A stretch of 64,000 bases of DNA from contig JAIBBD010000003.1 of the NCBI GenBank assembly GCA_019694855.1, forward strand, positions 33,264 through 97,263, given 5' to 3'. Below are positions 34,322 to 43,286 of the stretch, piece by piece. The first letter of the stretch is position 1. Every line of letters starts with the position of its first letter. The DNA is from Dehalococcoidia bacterium (GTDB lineage: Bacteria > Chloroflexota > Dehalococcoidia > UBA2979). A program made the translations under genes and the position numbers. The notes below the pieces were generated by a model. It searched no databases. It was not told the origin of the DNA and saw only the letters and a list, made by a program, of their open reading frames with translations.

Positions 34322-37120
34322 ATGCCTGCTATTCGCCAGACATCGCTACTGTTTGCCGACATCGAGGATTCGACTCGAATAGCACAGCTCATTGCCGAAT
34401 CCGCCGGAGAAGTCGCCTACGCGGATTTCTCCCTCGCCTACGAATCCCTGCTCCGAGACGCCTGCTCCGCGCACCACGGAGCGGTCGGTGGGACGTGGGG
34501 TGACGACTTTTACGCAACCTTTAGCTCCCCGCGCGACGCCCTGGGAGCGGCGTTCGCCATTCAAATGGCCGCAGCCACGCACGACTGGCCGCACGGCGCT
34601 CGTCTCCGCATCCGCATTGGCCTGCACCACGGCCGTGTCATCGAGAGCTCCAACGGCCTCGTCGGCATCGAGCTCCACCGCGCGATGCGGATATGCAGCC
34701 TCGCGCTCGGCGCCGAAGTGGTCGCGTCGGCCGCCTTCGTCGAAGCCACCCGGGGAGAACTTCCAGCGAAGTACGCCGCGATCGACCTGGGACTCCGCAG
34801 TCTCAAGGGCTTCGCCTTCCCCGAGCCCCTGTTCCTCATCGCACGTGAGGGCTGGATGTCCCGGCGGGTCGGTGAACGCAACCCGCTCGGCGACTGGGAG
34901 CGCCCGCTCAACCCGATCGTGGGTCGGGAGTCCGAAATCGCCGCCTTGAGTGAACTGCTTCACAGACCAGACGTCCGGCTCGTCTCAGTCTTGGGGCCCG
35001 GAGGGGTGGGGAAGACCCGCCTCTGCGAGGAACTAACAGCGCTCGAACAGGAACGCTTTCTGGACGGGGTCTACATGGTCAACCTGAGTGCGGTCGAGGA
35101 TCCTGCCCTCGTCTCCCGCCGGACGGCCCAGGCTCTCGGCCTGACGCCCGAACAGGGACGAGGCGACGCCGACCAGATCGCTGACCTCCTTGCCGACCGC
35201 CAGGTCCTGCTCGTCTTCGACAATTTCGAGCACCTGCGGCCAGCCGCCACCTTCGTGCGCGACCTCCTCACCCGCAGCTCCCGAGTCAAAGCGCTCGTGA
35301 CGAGTCGCACTCCACTCGGCATCCGGGGCGAGCAGCGCTTCGAGCTCCTCCCCCTCGCGACGAGCCCCGAGGACCGAGGCCTCAGCGGCCAGCCCGCCCC
35401 CGCCGCCGAGCTGTTCATGCAGCGCGCCCTCGCCACGCGGCCGGCGTTGGCCCTTGACCCGGCCGACCGCTCATTCGTAGACGACATCTGCACCACGCTG
35501 GATGGTCTCCCGCTCGCGATCGAGCTCGCCGCCGCCCAGGTCGACAACATGTCGCTCGGCACGCTCGCCCGCGGCCTCCGTATTCACCCGCTCCGACTCC
35601 TGGTTGACCCGGATCAGGACTACCCGGCTCGCCAGGCCACCATGACCTCGACGGTCTCCTGGAGCTACCAGCTGATCGAGGACGAGCAGGATCGGGCGCT
35701 CCTGGATGCACTCGCGACCTTCTTCGGCAGCTTCTCCGCGCAACAGGCGGCCGACCTCCTCAGCCAGCTGGGCAGGCCATCACACCTCGACGATGTGACC
35801 TCCGCGATTGAGCGCCTGCGGCGCCGGTCGCTCGTCCAGGTCGTCCGTGAGGCTGAACCACGCCGCTACCGACTGCTCCGGGTGATCCGCGAATTCGCCA
35901 TGGCGCGCCTGGAGGATGCCGGACAGGCGGACGCGGCACGCCAGGCGCATCTGGCCGTGCACGTGCGAATCGCCCAGCAGGCCGAGTTCGCACTGCAGGG
36001 GGAATCTCAGCTCGAGGTCATGGACTCGCTCGCGCAGGACATCGAGAACATTCGCGGCGCCCTCGCCTGTGCGAGTTCTACCCCCGACCTGGCCCCGGCC
36101 GGCATTCGCCTCGCCACCTCGCTCACCGTCTACTGGTGGCATGGACATATCGAGGAGGGCTCTCACTGGCTCAGCAGCCTGCTCGCGCTGTTGCCGGCTC
36201 CATCGAAGGTCAATCCTCGCGAACTGGGACGAGTCGCGCAGGCCCATCTGACCGTCGCGCTGCTCCAGCTCTATGGCGGCTCGCTCGCCAACGCTCGCCA
36301 GCATGTGGATGACTGCCTCGCGATCAGCGATAGCAATTCCCGCACTCTCGCGATCCAGGCCCTCGCGACGGCGCTCGCCGGAATGATCGAGGCGGCCGGC
36401 GGGCAGAGCGCCCGCGGCGAACGGCTGTGCGGCGATGGCGTCGCACGGCTCGACGCCATGGCGTTGCACTGGATGCTCGCGATCGCGCTCGAATGGCGTG
36501 GCGAAGCCGCTCTTCGTGCCGGCCATGACGGCCTGGCGGAGACCTCCTGGGAACGCTCCGTATCACTCTTTCGCGAACTCGGCGATCGCTGGCTCCAGGC
36601 TGCTCCCCTCGCCCGCCTCGGCGATCTCGCCCTCGACCGCGGCGATCTCGCGCGCGCTGGAGAGCTGCTCGCCGAGAGCATCGCTCTGCTCCGCGCCGTC
36701 GGCACAGGCGCGGGCTCCGCCCAGGTGCTCGCCAGTCTCGGTCGCCTCGCGCGAGCGGAAGGACGTTCTCGCGATGCTCGCATGCTCGCCGCCGAATCCT
36801 TGCGAGCTGCCAGCGCCTCTGGCAGCTGGCTCGAGGTCGATCTGGGCCTGTCGCTCCTGGCCTCCCTTTGCTCCGACGGACCGCACCCAGCGGACGCCCT
36901 CGAGGCCTCCAGGCTGCTCGGTGCAGCCGCGCGCATCCGCACCGCCGCCGGGCCGCTGGCCTCCTCCACCATCCAGCGCGGTGACGCTCATCTGGCGGTC
37001 CTCCTCAGGACAACACTCGGTACCGCGGCCTTCGAGGCCGCGTGGGCGGAGGGCCACGCCTCGACCACCGTCGAGGCCGTGGCGCTGGCGATCGGGTTGG
37101 CCGGCAATGCAGACGAATAG
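34322..37120 (+). CDS. Class III adenylate/guanylate cyclase domain fused to NB-ARC/AAA STAND NTPase and C-terminal TPR repeats (no DNA-binding domain detected)
   Basis: N-terminus LLFADIEDSTRIAQ...GDDFYATF (CHD metal and substrate motifs). Walker A GPGGVGKTRL, Walker B LLVFDNFE. Long alpha-helical TPR-like C-terminus. 932 aa. Confidence 0.85.
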   Translation: MPAIRQTSLLFADIEDSTRIAQLIAESAGEVAYADFSLAYESLLRDACSAHHGAVGGTWGDDFYATFSSPRDALGAAFAIQMAAATHDWPHGARLRIRIGLHHGRVIESSNGLVGIELHRAMRICSLALGAEVVASAAFVEATRGELPAKYAAIDLGLRSLKGFAFPEPLFLIAREGWMSRRVGERNPLGDWERPLNPIVGRESEIAALSELLHRPDVRLVSVLGPGGVGKTRLCEELTALEQERFLDGVYMVNLSAVEDPALVSRRTAQALGLTPEQGRGDADQIADLLADRQVLLVFDNFEHLRPAATFVRDLLTRSSRVKALVTSRTPLGIRGEQRFELLPLATSPEDRGLSGQPAPAAELFMQRALATRPALALDPADRSFVDDICTTLDGLPLAIELAAAQVDNMSLGTLARGLRIHPLRLLVDPDQDYPARQATMTSTVSWSYQLIEDEQDRALLDALATFFGSFSAQQAADLLSQLGRPSHLDDVTSAIERLRRRSLVQVVREAEPRRYRLLRVIREFAMARLEDAGQADAARQAHLAVHVRIAQQAEFALQGESQLEVMDSLAQDIENIRGALACASSTPDLAPAGIRLATSLTVYWWHGHIEEGSHWLSSLLALLPAPSKVNPRELGRVAQAHLTVALLQLYGGSLANARQHVDDCLAISDSNSRTLAIQALATALAGMIEAAGGQSARGERLCGDGVARLDAMALHWMLAIALEWRGEAALRAGHDGLAETSWERSVSLFRELGDRWLQAAPLARLGDLALDRGDLARAGELLAESIALLRAVGTGAGSAQVLASLGRLARAEGRSRDARMLAAESLRAASASGSWLEVDLGLSLLASLCSDGPHPADALEASRLLGAAARIRTAAGPLASSTIQRGDAHLAVLLRTTLGTAAFEAAWAEGHASTTVEAVALAIGLAGNADE

Positions 37121-38090
37121 CGCCGCCACCTGGATACCTCGGGCGGCCGAACGCCGTGCGCGCGCGTTTGACGCCGCTTGCGCCCACGCTCGGACCCACC
37201 TCGAGGATGCACAGCAGTGCGACCTCGTCCTCTCCATTCTCCGCGCCGCCGCGGAACGCGCCGCCGCGCCGGAGGCCCCTGCGCTGTTCCCGCTCACGGT
37301 CCACGTGCCGCTCGCGGTGCACGCGGCTTTCGAGGGCCGCGACGAGCCCGCGCTTCCCATCGCCGCCGCCGGGCTCCTCGTCCTCCTGGGAGCCGACCTG
37401 CTCGACACGCTGATCGATGATGACCCCTTCAGCGGTCCGTTGACGCCCGCCGAACGGTTGCTCGCCGGTGCCGGGCTGGTCGGCCCGCTCCCGACCCTCC
37501 TGCTGTTATCGATGGACGTCCCGCCTGACATCGCTCGCGAAGCGGCTCGTAACCTGAACGATGCCGTCGTCACCATGGGTGCCGGACAGCTTGCGGACCT
37601 CCGCTCACCGGCCGCCCCGTACACGTCCCTTCCGGGTGTCGTCGAGACCGCCGTCTTCAAGAGCTCGCCTCTGGTTGCGGCACTCTGCCGGATCGCGGCC
37701 CGCCTCGCCGGCGGCACGCCGGAACAGGCTGCCGCGGCCGGCCGTCTTGGAGCGGCGCTCGGGCTCGCCGACCAGCTTCGGGGGGATTGGGCCGACCTCG
37801 GCCGCCTCGACGGCAGCAACGACCTGCGCACGGGCGCCGTGACAATTCCCGTCGCCCTCGCCTACGAGCGGCAGTCCCTGCATGGCGATGCCGCCCGCCA
37901 CGCCGATGGAGCCGCGCGCGATCGCGCCTGGTCGATGCTCGACCGGGACTCGCGAGCAGCCCTCGTCAATGCGCTGCACTTCTGCCATCAGGCCGCATCG
38001 GCCGCCATCGACGACCTCCGGCTCCCCGAGGCTTGGTCGGCCGACTTGAGCTTGCTCGCCAACGCCGTCTGCTACGAAGGAGGCGAATGA
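37109..38090 (+). CDS. Polyprenyl-synthetase (trans-isoprenyl diphosphate synthase fold) homologue with altered Asp-rich motifs
   Basis: ATG overlaps the stop of the STAND gene (stop/start coupling). Segment-by-segment similarity to GGPP/FPP synthases: ALPIAAAGLLVLLGADLLDTLIDDD (FARM region, RRG absent), GQLADL, KSSPLVAALCRIAARLAGG, LGLADQLRGDWADLG (SARM DDxxD replaced by GDWAD), GSNDLRTGAVTIPVALA. Confidence 0.6.
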
Positions 38091-38139
38091 GGAAACCCCT
38101 TCGTCCCACCCAGACAACGCATGTGAGGAGTGGCCAGTA

Positions 38140-38460
38140 ATGTCGGACTTCGCCGACCTCCGAGACCTCGCGCTGAAGCTCAGCAACGAATTGCAGTCGG
38201 GAAAGATCACCGTGGCGCAGCTGCCCTCGGTTCAGTACCAGACCGCCGGCCTGAACCCGTTCTTGACGGAGGTCGACAACCAGCTCTTTAGCGTGCACAC
38301 GCGCCATCTGACGTCTCAGGAGCGCGATCTGCTCACCTACTACTTTCACCGCAACACCCCGGTGAAGGATCCGAACGAGGTGGCGGAACGCGTGGCCTGG
38401 ATCGCCCGTGGACCCAACGCCTTCTACTGGGGCCCCTGGATGCCGTACCAGGACCCCTAA
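38140..38460 (+). CDS. Hypothetical 106-aa protein with aromatic/Pro-rich C-terminus (…GPNAFYWGPWMPYQDP)
   Basis: ATG with a GAGGAG Shine-Dalgarno sequence. No known domain recognised. Sits between the prenyl-synthase homologue and the S8 peptidase. Confidence 0.5.
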   Translation: MSDFADLRDLALKLSNELQSGKITVAQLPSVQYQTAGLNPFLTEVDNQLFSVHTRHLTSQERDLLTYYFHRNTPVKDPNEVAERVAWIARGPNAFYWGPWMPYQDP

Positions 38461-38503
38461 CCCCGTCAGCTAACCATGCACTGACCCGATGGGAGGACCC
38501 CGC

Positions 38504-39769
38504 ATGACAATCCATGCCATGATCGAATTCGACATCCGCGCGGACGACGCCGCCCTGGAAGATGCGATCCGAGAGCTAATCCGGGCGGGTCGCCGCGACG
38601 GCAGCTTCTCTCGCATCCCGCTGGGGGATCACACGATCGTCAGCGGCGCCTTCGACGAAGACCGCCTGGAGGACCTCGCCGGCGTCGAGCGCGTCGTGCG
38701 CATCTACGACGATCCCGAGCTCACACCCTTCGCACCGAACTTCGTCAACACCGTCGTTGACGAGGCGCACGGCGACATCTTCAGCATCGCCTCTGCCCTC
38801 ATGGGCCCGCTCTGGACACACGGCCACCGAGGCGAGGGGGTACGCATCGGGATCTGTGACACCGGCATCCACCACAAGGAGAAGAAGCTCGCCCTCGAGC
38901 CGACGCGGGGATGGACGCCATCTGCCGTCTTCTCGATCGGGGAGGATGTGTCACTCGTTCCACACGGCACGATGGTCGCTCATGACGCGCTCGCGATGGC
39001 CCCGCTGTCGGAGGTGCTGGACATCGGGCTGCTCAAGATGCCCCACGGCACGCTGGCCGGGGTCGCGGATTGGCGACTCTCAGTCGCAATGGACGCCTAC
39101 CGCGCCGTGATCGACGGCTTCGTCATGGATCGTCGAGAGGAGACATACGGTCTCGTCCTCTGCAACAGCTGGGGCATGCGCGACCCCGAGGTGCGCTGGA
39201 ACATCGGGCATTACTCCGACGATCCGACCCACCCCTTCACCCGGCTCGTGGTGGAGGCGATCGATCACGGGATCATCGTGGTGTTCGCCGCCGGCAACTG
39301 TGGCTCCAACGGCGGCAAGCCGTACAGCCCTCGGGGATTCTCGGGACCCGGCAACAGCATCTGGGGCGCGAACGGTCACCCGCGAGTCATCACCGTCGGC
39401 GCCGCGGACTGGAACCGGAACTGGATGGGCTACTCGAGCGAGGGGCCATCATCCCTCGCTCCAAACATGATCAAACCGGATGTCTGCGGTATCAGCCAGT
39501 TCTCGGGCTTGATCGACATCGTCGGCAAGCCCGACTTCTCCTACCCCGACGCCGGCACCTCGGCTGCCGCACCGATCGTTGCCGGCGGCCTCGCGGTACT
39601 GAAGGGCAAGTACCCGAAGATGACCCAGGACGTGGCCGCGGCAGTCCTGAGGGCGACCGCGGACCACCCGGCCTCGGTCAACGGCGCGCCCGCCGCCGAC
39701 AACCAGTACGGCTACGGGATCGTCAACTTCCAGAAGGCGGACCAGCTGCTGCACCAGATCTACCCGTAG
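38504..39769 (+). CDS. S8-family subtilisin-like serine peptidase without signal peptide, with N-terminal I9-like propeptide
   Basis: Catalytic triad motifs GICDTG (Asp), HGTMVAH (His) and GTSAAAP (Ser). No N-terminal hydrophobic signal. GGGAGG Shine-Dalgarno sequence before ATG 38504. Confidence 0.85.
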   Translation: MTIHAMIEFDIRADDAALEDAIRELIRAGRRDGSFSRIPLGDHTIVSGAFDEDRLEDLAGVERVVRIYDDPELTPFAPNFVNTVVDEAHGDIFSIASALMGPLWTHGHRGEGVRIGICDTGIHHKEKKLALEPTRGWTPSAVFSIGEDVSLVPHGTMVAHDALAMAPLSEVLDIGLLKMPHGTLAGVADWRLSVAMDAYRAVIDGFVMDRREETYGLVLCNSWGMRDPEVRWNIGHYSDDPTHPFTRLVVEAIDHGIIVVFAAGNCGSNGGKPYSPRGFSGPGNSIWGANGHPRVITVGAADWNRNWMGYSSEGPSSLAPNMIKPDVCGISQFSGLIDIVGKPDFSYPDAGTSAAAPIVAGGLAVLKGKYPKMTQDVAAAVLRATADHPASVNGAPAADNQYGYGIVNFQKADQLLHQIYP

Positions 39770-39873
39770 AGCGGAGATCGCCGCACCTGCCCGCCCGCCT
39801 CATGCTCCGCGGCTCCCGCCCCCCCTGTCGCGGAGCATGAGGCCGCCCCCTGCCGCCGAGGGCCCTTCAGCCC

Positions 39874-41358
39874 CTACGTGTCCAGCCGCACCGTCCCCGC
39901 GGAGCCGTCCACGATGACGAAGCTCCCATCCGGGATCTGCGAGGTCGCACCGGTCACCCCGACCACCGCCGGCAACCCCAGTTCCCGGGCCACGACCGCC
40001 GCGTGGGTCAGCACGCCCCCGGCCCCCGTCACCAGCGCGCCAATCACCCCGAAGTACGGCGTCCACTCTGGCGCGGTCGCCGCGCACACGAGCACATCCC
40101 CGGGCTCGAGCTGGTCCGCATCCTCGAGTGACGCGATCACACGCACGCGCCCTCGGTACACCCCGCTCGACCCCGCAATCCCGTGCCAGACGCCCGTCTC
40201 CTCATTCGGCCCGGTACCTGCCCCCAGCCGCGTCGGAGGAGCCACCGCGCGCCACCGCGCCTGCTGCGCCCGCCGCCGCCCGACGAGGTCCGCCGCGACC
40301 GCCTCCCCCGTTTCGAGGCCAGCCACCACCTCGTCGAGTGACAGGTAGAAGACGTCATCGGCCGCTTCGATCAGCCCTCGTTCCCGCATCGTTTCCCCGA
40401 CGCGCAGCCAGCGTCGCCGCGAGGCCGCGATCAGCCGCTGGTCGCAGTGCAGGTTGTGATCCTCAGAGACCGGCGCCAGCCACTGCGCCGCCTGCAGCAC
40501 GTTCCACCCCAACTCGTCGAGGCCAACGGTCGACAGCTCCCGCTCCAGCTCGATCCGCCGCGCCCGCGCACGCTCCTCCGCGGCGGCCGGATCGCGCTCC
40601 TCCCCCTCGATCGCCATCGCCGCCACCATCGCCAGCGGAATCGAGGCGTCCTCCCGCCACGTCGGCAGGTCGATCAGGTGCATCGTGGTCGTGTCCCCGC
40701 ACAGTTCGATCAGCGTTTCGAACTGCTCCCGGAACGCGGTCGTCGCCGCCGAGGTGCCCGTGGGCATGCGTCCGGCGGCCACGTCGCTTCGCACCGCCTC
40801 GTCCTCCGCCGCGATCCGCGACAGCCGCCAGAGCAACACCGTCCGTGTCGTCGAGGTGTTCGCGAACCCGGCCAGCAGCGCCAGCGCGTCGTCCCGCCGC
40901 TCCGCGCCGAAGCGCTCCGCGTGCAATTCGAGCCAACGCGAGGCCGCGGGCAGCACCACGCCCATCGTCTCCATGTGCACCCGGCCGAACGCCGAGTCGA
41001 ACCCTGCGTCGAGCGCGAGCAACCGTTCGCGCCACTGCCCCGCCGCCACCGAACCCGGCTCGAACGTATCGAACGCGACCCGCGCATCCTCGATCGCCGG
41101 GGACAGCCGCTCCTGCCACCCCTCGAGCGCGTCGAGGTCGAACGGCCCGCTTCGCGGCGGCATCTGCCACTCCCGCGAATACGAATAGCCATTGACGTAC
41201 AGCTGCCCCGGCAACCCGTCCGGCTGCCCGCGCTCGTTCAACGACCGCACGCTCCGCTCGAGCAGCGTCGCCGATCCCGGCAGGTGCTCGTTGTAGATCC
41301 AGCTGATCGCCTCGTACTCGGAGCCCGGCAACCTGAACTCGAGCCCACGTTCAGCCAC
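39874..41358 (-). CDS. PEP-utilising-enzyme mobile (swivel phosphohistidine) domain protein with N-terminal uncharacterised region
   Basis: C-terminal GGVLTHAAVVARELGLPAVVG (the conserved His of PEP synthase, PPDK and rifampicin phosphotransferase swivel domains). 494 aa. Confidence 0.8.
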   Translation of the reverse strand: MAERGLEFRLPGSEYEAISWIYNEHLPGSATLLERSVRSLNERGQPDGLPGQLYVNGYSYSREWQMPPRSGPFDLDALEGWQERLSPAIEDARVAFDTFEPGSVAAGQWRERLLALDAGFDSAFGRVHMETMGVVLPAASRWLELHAERFGAERRDDALALLAGFANTSTTRTVLLWRLSRIAAEDEAVRSDVAAGRMPTGTSAATTAFREQFETLIELCGDTTTMHLIDLPTWREDASIPLAMVAAMAIEGEERDPAAAEERARARRIELERELSTVGLDELGWNVLQAAQWLAPVSEDHNLHCDQRLIAASRRRWLRVGETMRERGLIEAADDVFYLSLDEVVAGLETGEAVAADLVGRRRAQQARWRAVAPPTRLGAGTGPNEETGVWHGIAGSSGVYRGRVRVIASLEDADQLEPGDVLVCAATAPEWTPYFGVIGALVTGAGGVLTHAAVVARELGLPAVVGVTGATSQIPDGSFVIVDGSAGTVRLDT

Positions 41359-41417
41359 GCTGCACCGCCTGTCGCCTCTTCAGGGGGATGGGTGGATCAT
41401 GTCCCCGACCGCTCCGA

Positions 41418-42275
41418 ATGACAACGAGGTGCAATCTGCACGTGCTCGCGCTCGGCGCCCCCGGCAGCGACGAAGTCGGCCTCGTTGGCGCGAAGGCCGC
41501 CAACCTCGCGCGCCTGGCCGGCGCCTGTCGGGTCCCGCCCGGCTTCGTCATCCCCGCACGCCCCGCCGCCGGACCGCTGACGGACGAGGTCTGGCACGCG
41601 GTCGTCGAGGCCTACCACGCGCTCGCGGCCGAGGTGGCAGACCCGGATGTCGCGGTCGCAGTCCGCTCCTCCGCCGTCGACGAGGACGGGGATGCAGCGT
41701 CCTTTGCTGGCCAGCACGCCACGATCCTCGGCGTGCGCGGTGAAACCGCCCTCCGTGCAGCCGTCATCGAGGTGCTCGCCTCCGCGGTCACACCGGCGGC
41801 GCAGGCCTACCGCGCGGCCCACAACCTTCCCGCCGAGGACGTCCGCATCGCCGTCCTCGTCCAGCAGCTCGTCCCCGCCGAAGTCTCGGCTGTCGCCTTC
41901 AGCCAGAACGTCGTCGCCGGCGACCCGGACGAGGTTGTCATCAATGCCAGCTGGGGGCTCGGCGAACCCATCGTCTCCGGGGAGGTCACCCCGGACACCT
42001 ACCTGGTGAGCGCCCTCGAGTTCACCATCCTGCGCCGCGATCTCGCCGACAAGACGACGATGCGCGTCCGTACCCCCGGCGGCGTCGCCACCCTCGCCGT
42101 CCCCGACCAGCTTCGCCGCACCCCCGCCCTGGCCGATGCGCAGGCGGTCGCCATCGCCCATCTCGCCTGCGACCTCGAACGCACGATGGGCTGGCCCGTC
42201 GACATCGAGTGCGCCTACGCCGGCGGCCTGCTCTACCTCCTGCAGTGCCGGCCGATCACCACGCGGGCGGCCTGA
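41418..42275 (+). CDS. PEP synthase/PPDK N-terminal ATP-grasp (nucleotide-binding) domain protein
   Basis: VGAKAANLARL resembles the PPDK_N GGKxANL motif and the 286-aa size fits the domain. Divergent from the swivel-domain gene. An upstream GTG 41388 is an alternative start. Confidence 0.7.
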   Translation: MTTRCNLHVLALGAPGSDEVGLVGAKAANLARLAGACRVPPGFVIPARPAAGPLTDEVWHAVVEAYHALAAEVADPDVAVAVRSSAVDEDGDAASFAGQHATILGVRGETALRAAVIEVLASAVTPAAQAYRAAHNLPAEDVRIAVLVQQLVPAEVSAVAFSQNVVAGDPDEVVINASWGLGEPIVSGEVTPDTYLVSALEFTILRRDLADKTTMRVRTPGGVATLAVPDQLRRTPALADAQAVAIAHLACDLERTMGWPVDIECAYAGGLLYLLQCRPITTRAA

Positions 42276-42336
42276 CCCGGAAACGAAGGGAGCCGGCGAC
42301 GCCGGCTCCCGTTCGACGACTCATCGGCCCGAGGCG

Positions 42337-43125
42337 CTAGCGGCCCAGGGCCTTGTTGATCAGCTGTCGCATCTGGTCGATGGTCTGGTTGCCCGTCGCC
42401 TTCTGCCCGTTGATGAAGAACGTCGGCGTCGAGTTCACGCCCTTGTTGTCGCCCTCGTCCACGTCCGCCTGCACGATGTCCTTCGTCGCTTCCGAGTCGA
42501 CGCAGGAGCTGTATTTCCCGACGTCGAACCCGTTCTTCACGTCGTGGATCTCTTGGCCGTACCCCTTGAGGTTGTCCTCGGAGAACGCCCCGGACGCTTG
42601 CCGCAGGAACAGCAGGTCGTGCATGTCCCAGAAGTACCCCTGCTGGTTCGCGCACTCCGCCGCCTGCGCCGCGCGTACCGAACCCGGCCCGAGGAATGCC
42701 ACGTACTTGTATTCGAGGCTCACCAGCCCCTTGTCCACGAACTCCTGCCGGAACTGGTCGTACGCCCCCTCTTGGAACTCCCGGCAGTGCGGGCAGCTGA
42801 AGTCGGCGTACTCGACGATCTTCACCGGCGCGTCGGGACTCCCCTCGATACGCCCGTTCACGATCGGCCGTTCCGCCGGTACGAACTCGCCGCTGCGAGG
42901 CGTCCCGCTCGGCTCGGAACCCCGGCCGCCCACCACGATCATCGCGACCACCACCACCGGCACGATCACGACCGCTGCCAGCACCGGCAGGCCGCCCCAC
43001 TGGTCGATCGTCTGCCGCCAGGCCGGCTTCGACGAGGGCGCGCGCTGCTGGCCGCGAGCCGCCCCCTCCTGCCGCGCCGCCGGCGCCTGCCGTCGAGTCG
43101 GCCGGTTCCGTCGTGAGCTGCTCAC
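42337..43125 (-). CDS. DsbA-family thiol:disulfide oxidoreductase, membrane-anchored
   Basis: N-terminal basic region, TM helix (LPVLAAVVIVPVVVVAMIVV), and thioredoxin fold with active site CPHC. GTG start with an AAGGAG Shine-Dalgarno sequence. The track ORF extends further upstream. Confidence 0.75.
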   Translation of the reverse strand: MSSSRRNRPTRRQAPAARQEGAARGQQRAPSSKPAWRQTIDQWGGLPVLAAVVIVPVVVVAMIVVGGRGSEPSGTPRSGEFVPAERPIVNGRIEGSPDAPVKIVEYADFSCPHCREFQEGAYDQFRQEFVDKGLVSLEYKYVAFLGPGSVRAAQAAECANQQGYFWDMHDLLFLRQASGAFSEDNLKGYGQEIHDVKNGFDVGKYSSCVDSEATKDIVQADVDEGDNKGVNSTPTFFINGQKATGNQTIDQMRQLINKALGR

Positions 43126-43286
43126 TCCGCTCGTCTCCTTTCGCCGCGGCACGCGAGCGGCCGCGTCCTCTGTCGCCTGTGCGAGAGCCGTGCGATCCTG
43201 CTGTCGCCCCCACGATCGCCATCGCCGCCGTGCACGCACGAGGCCCGCACCGTCCGCGACCAGCTCCCTACCGGAGGCACCCATCG

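Noticed and set aside
40128-41195. 355-aa Pro/Arg/Ala-rich plus-strand ORF
   Set aside because: Low-complexity product overlapping the PEP-utilising swivel-domain gene on the opposite strand.
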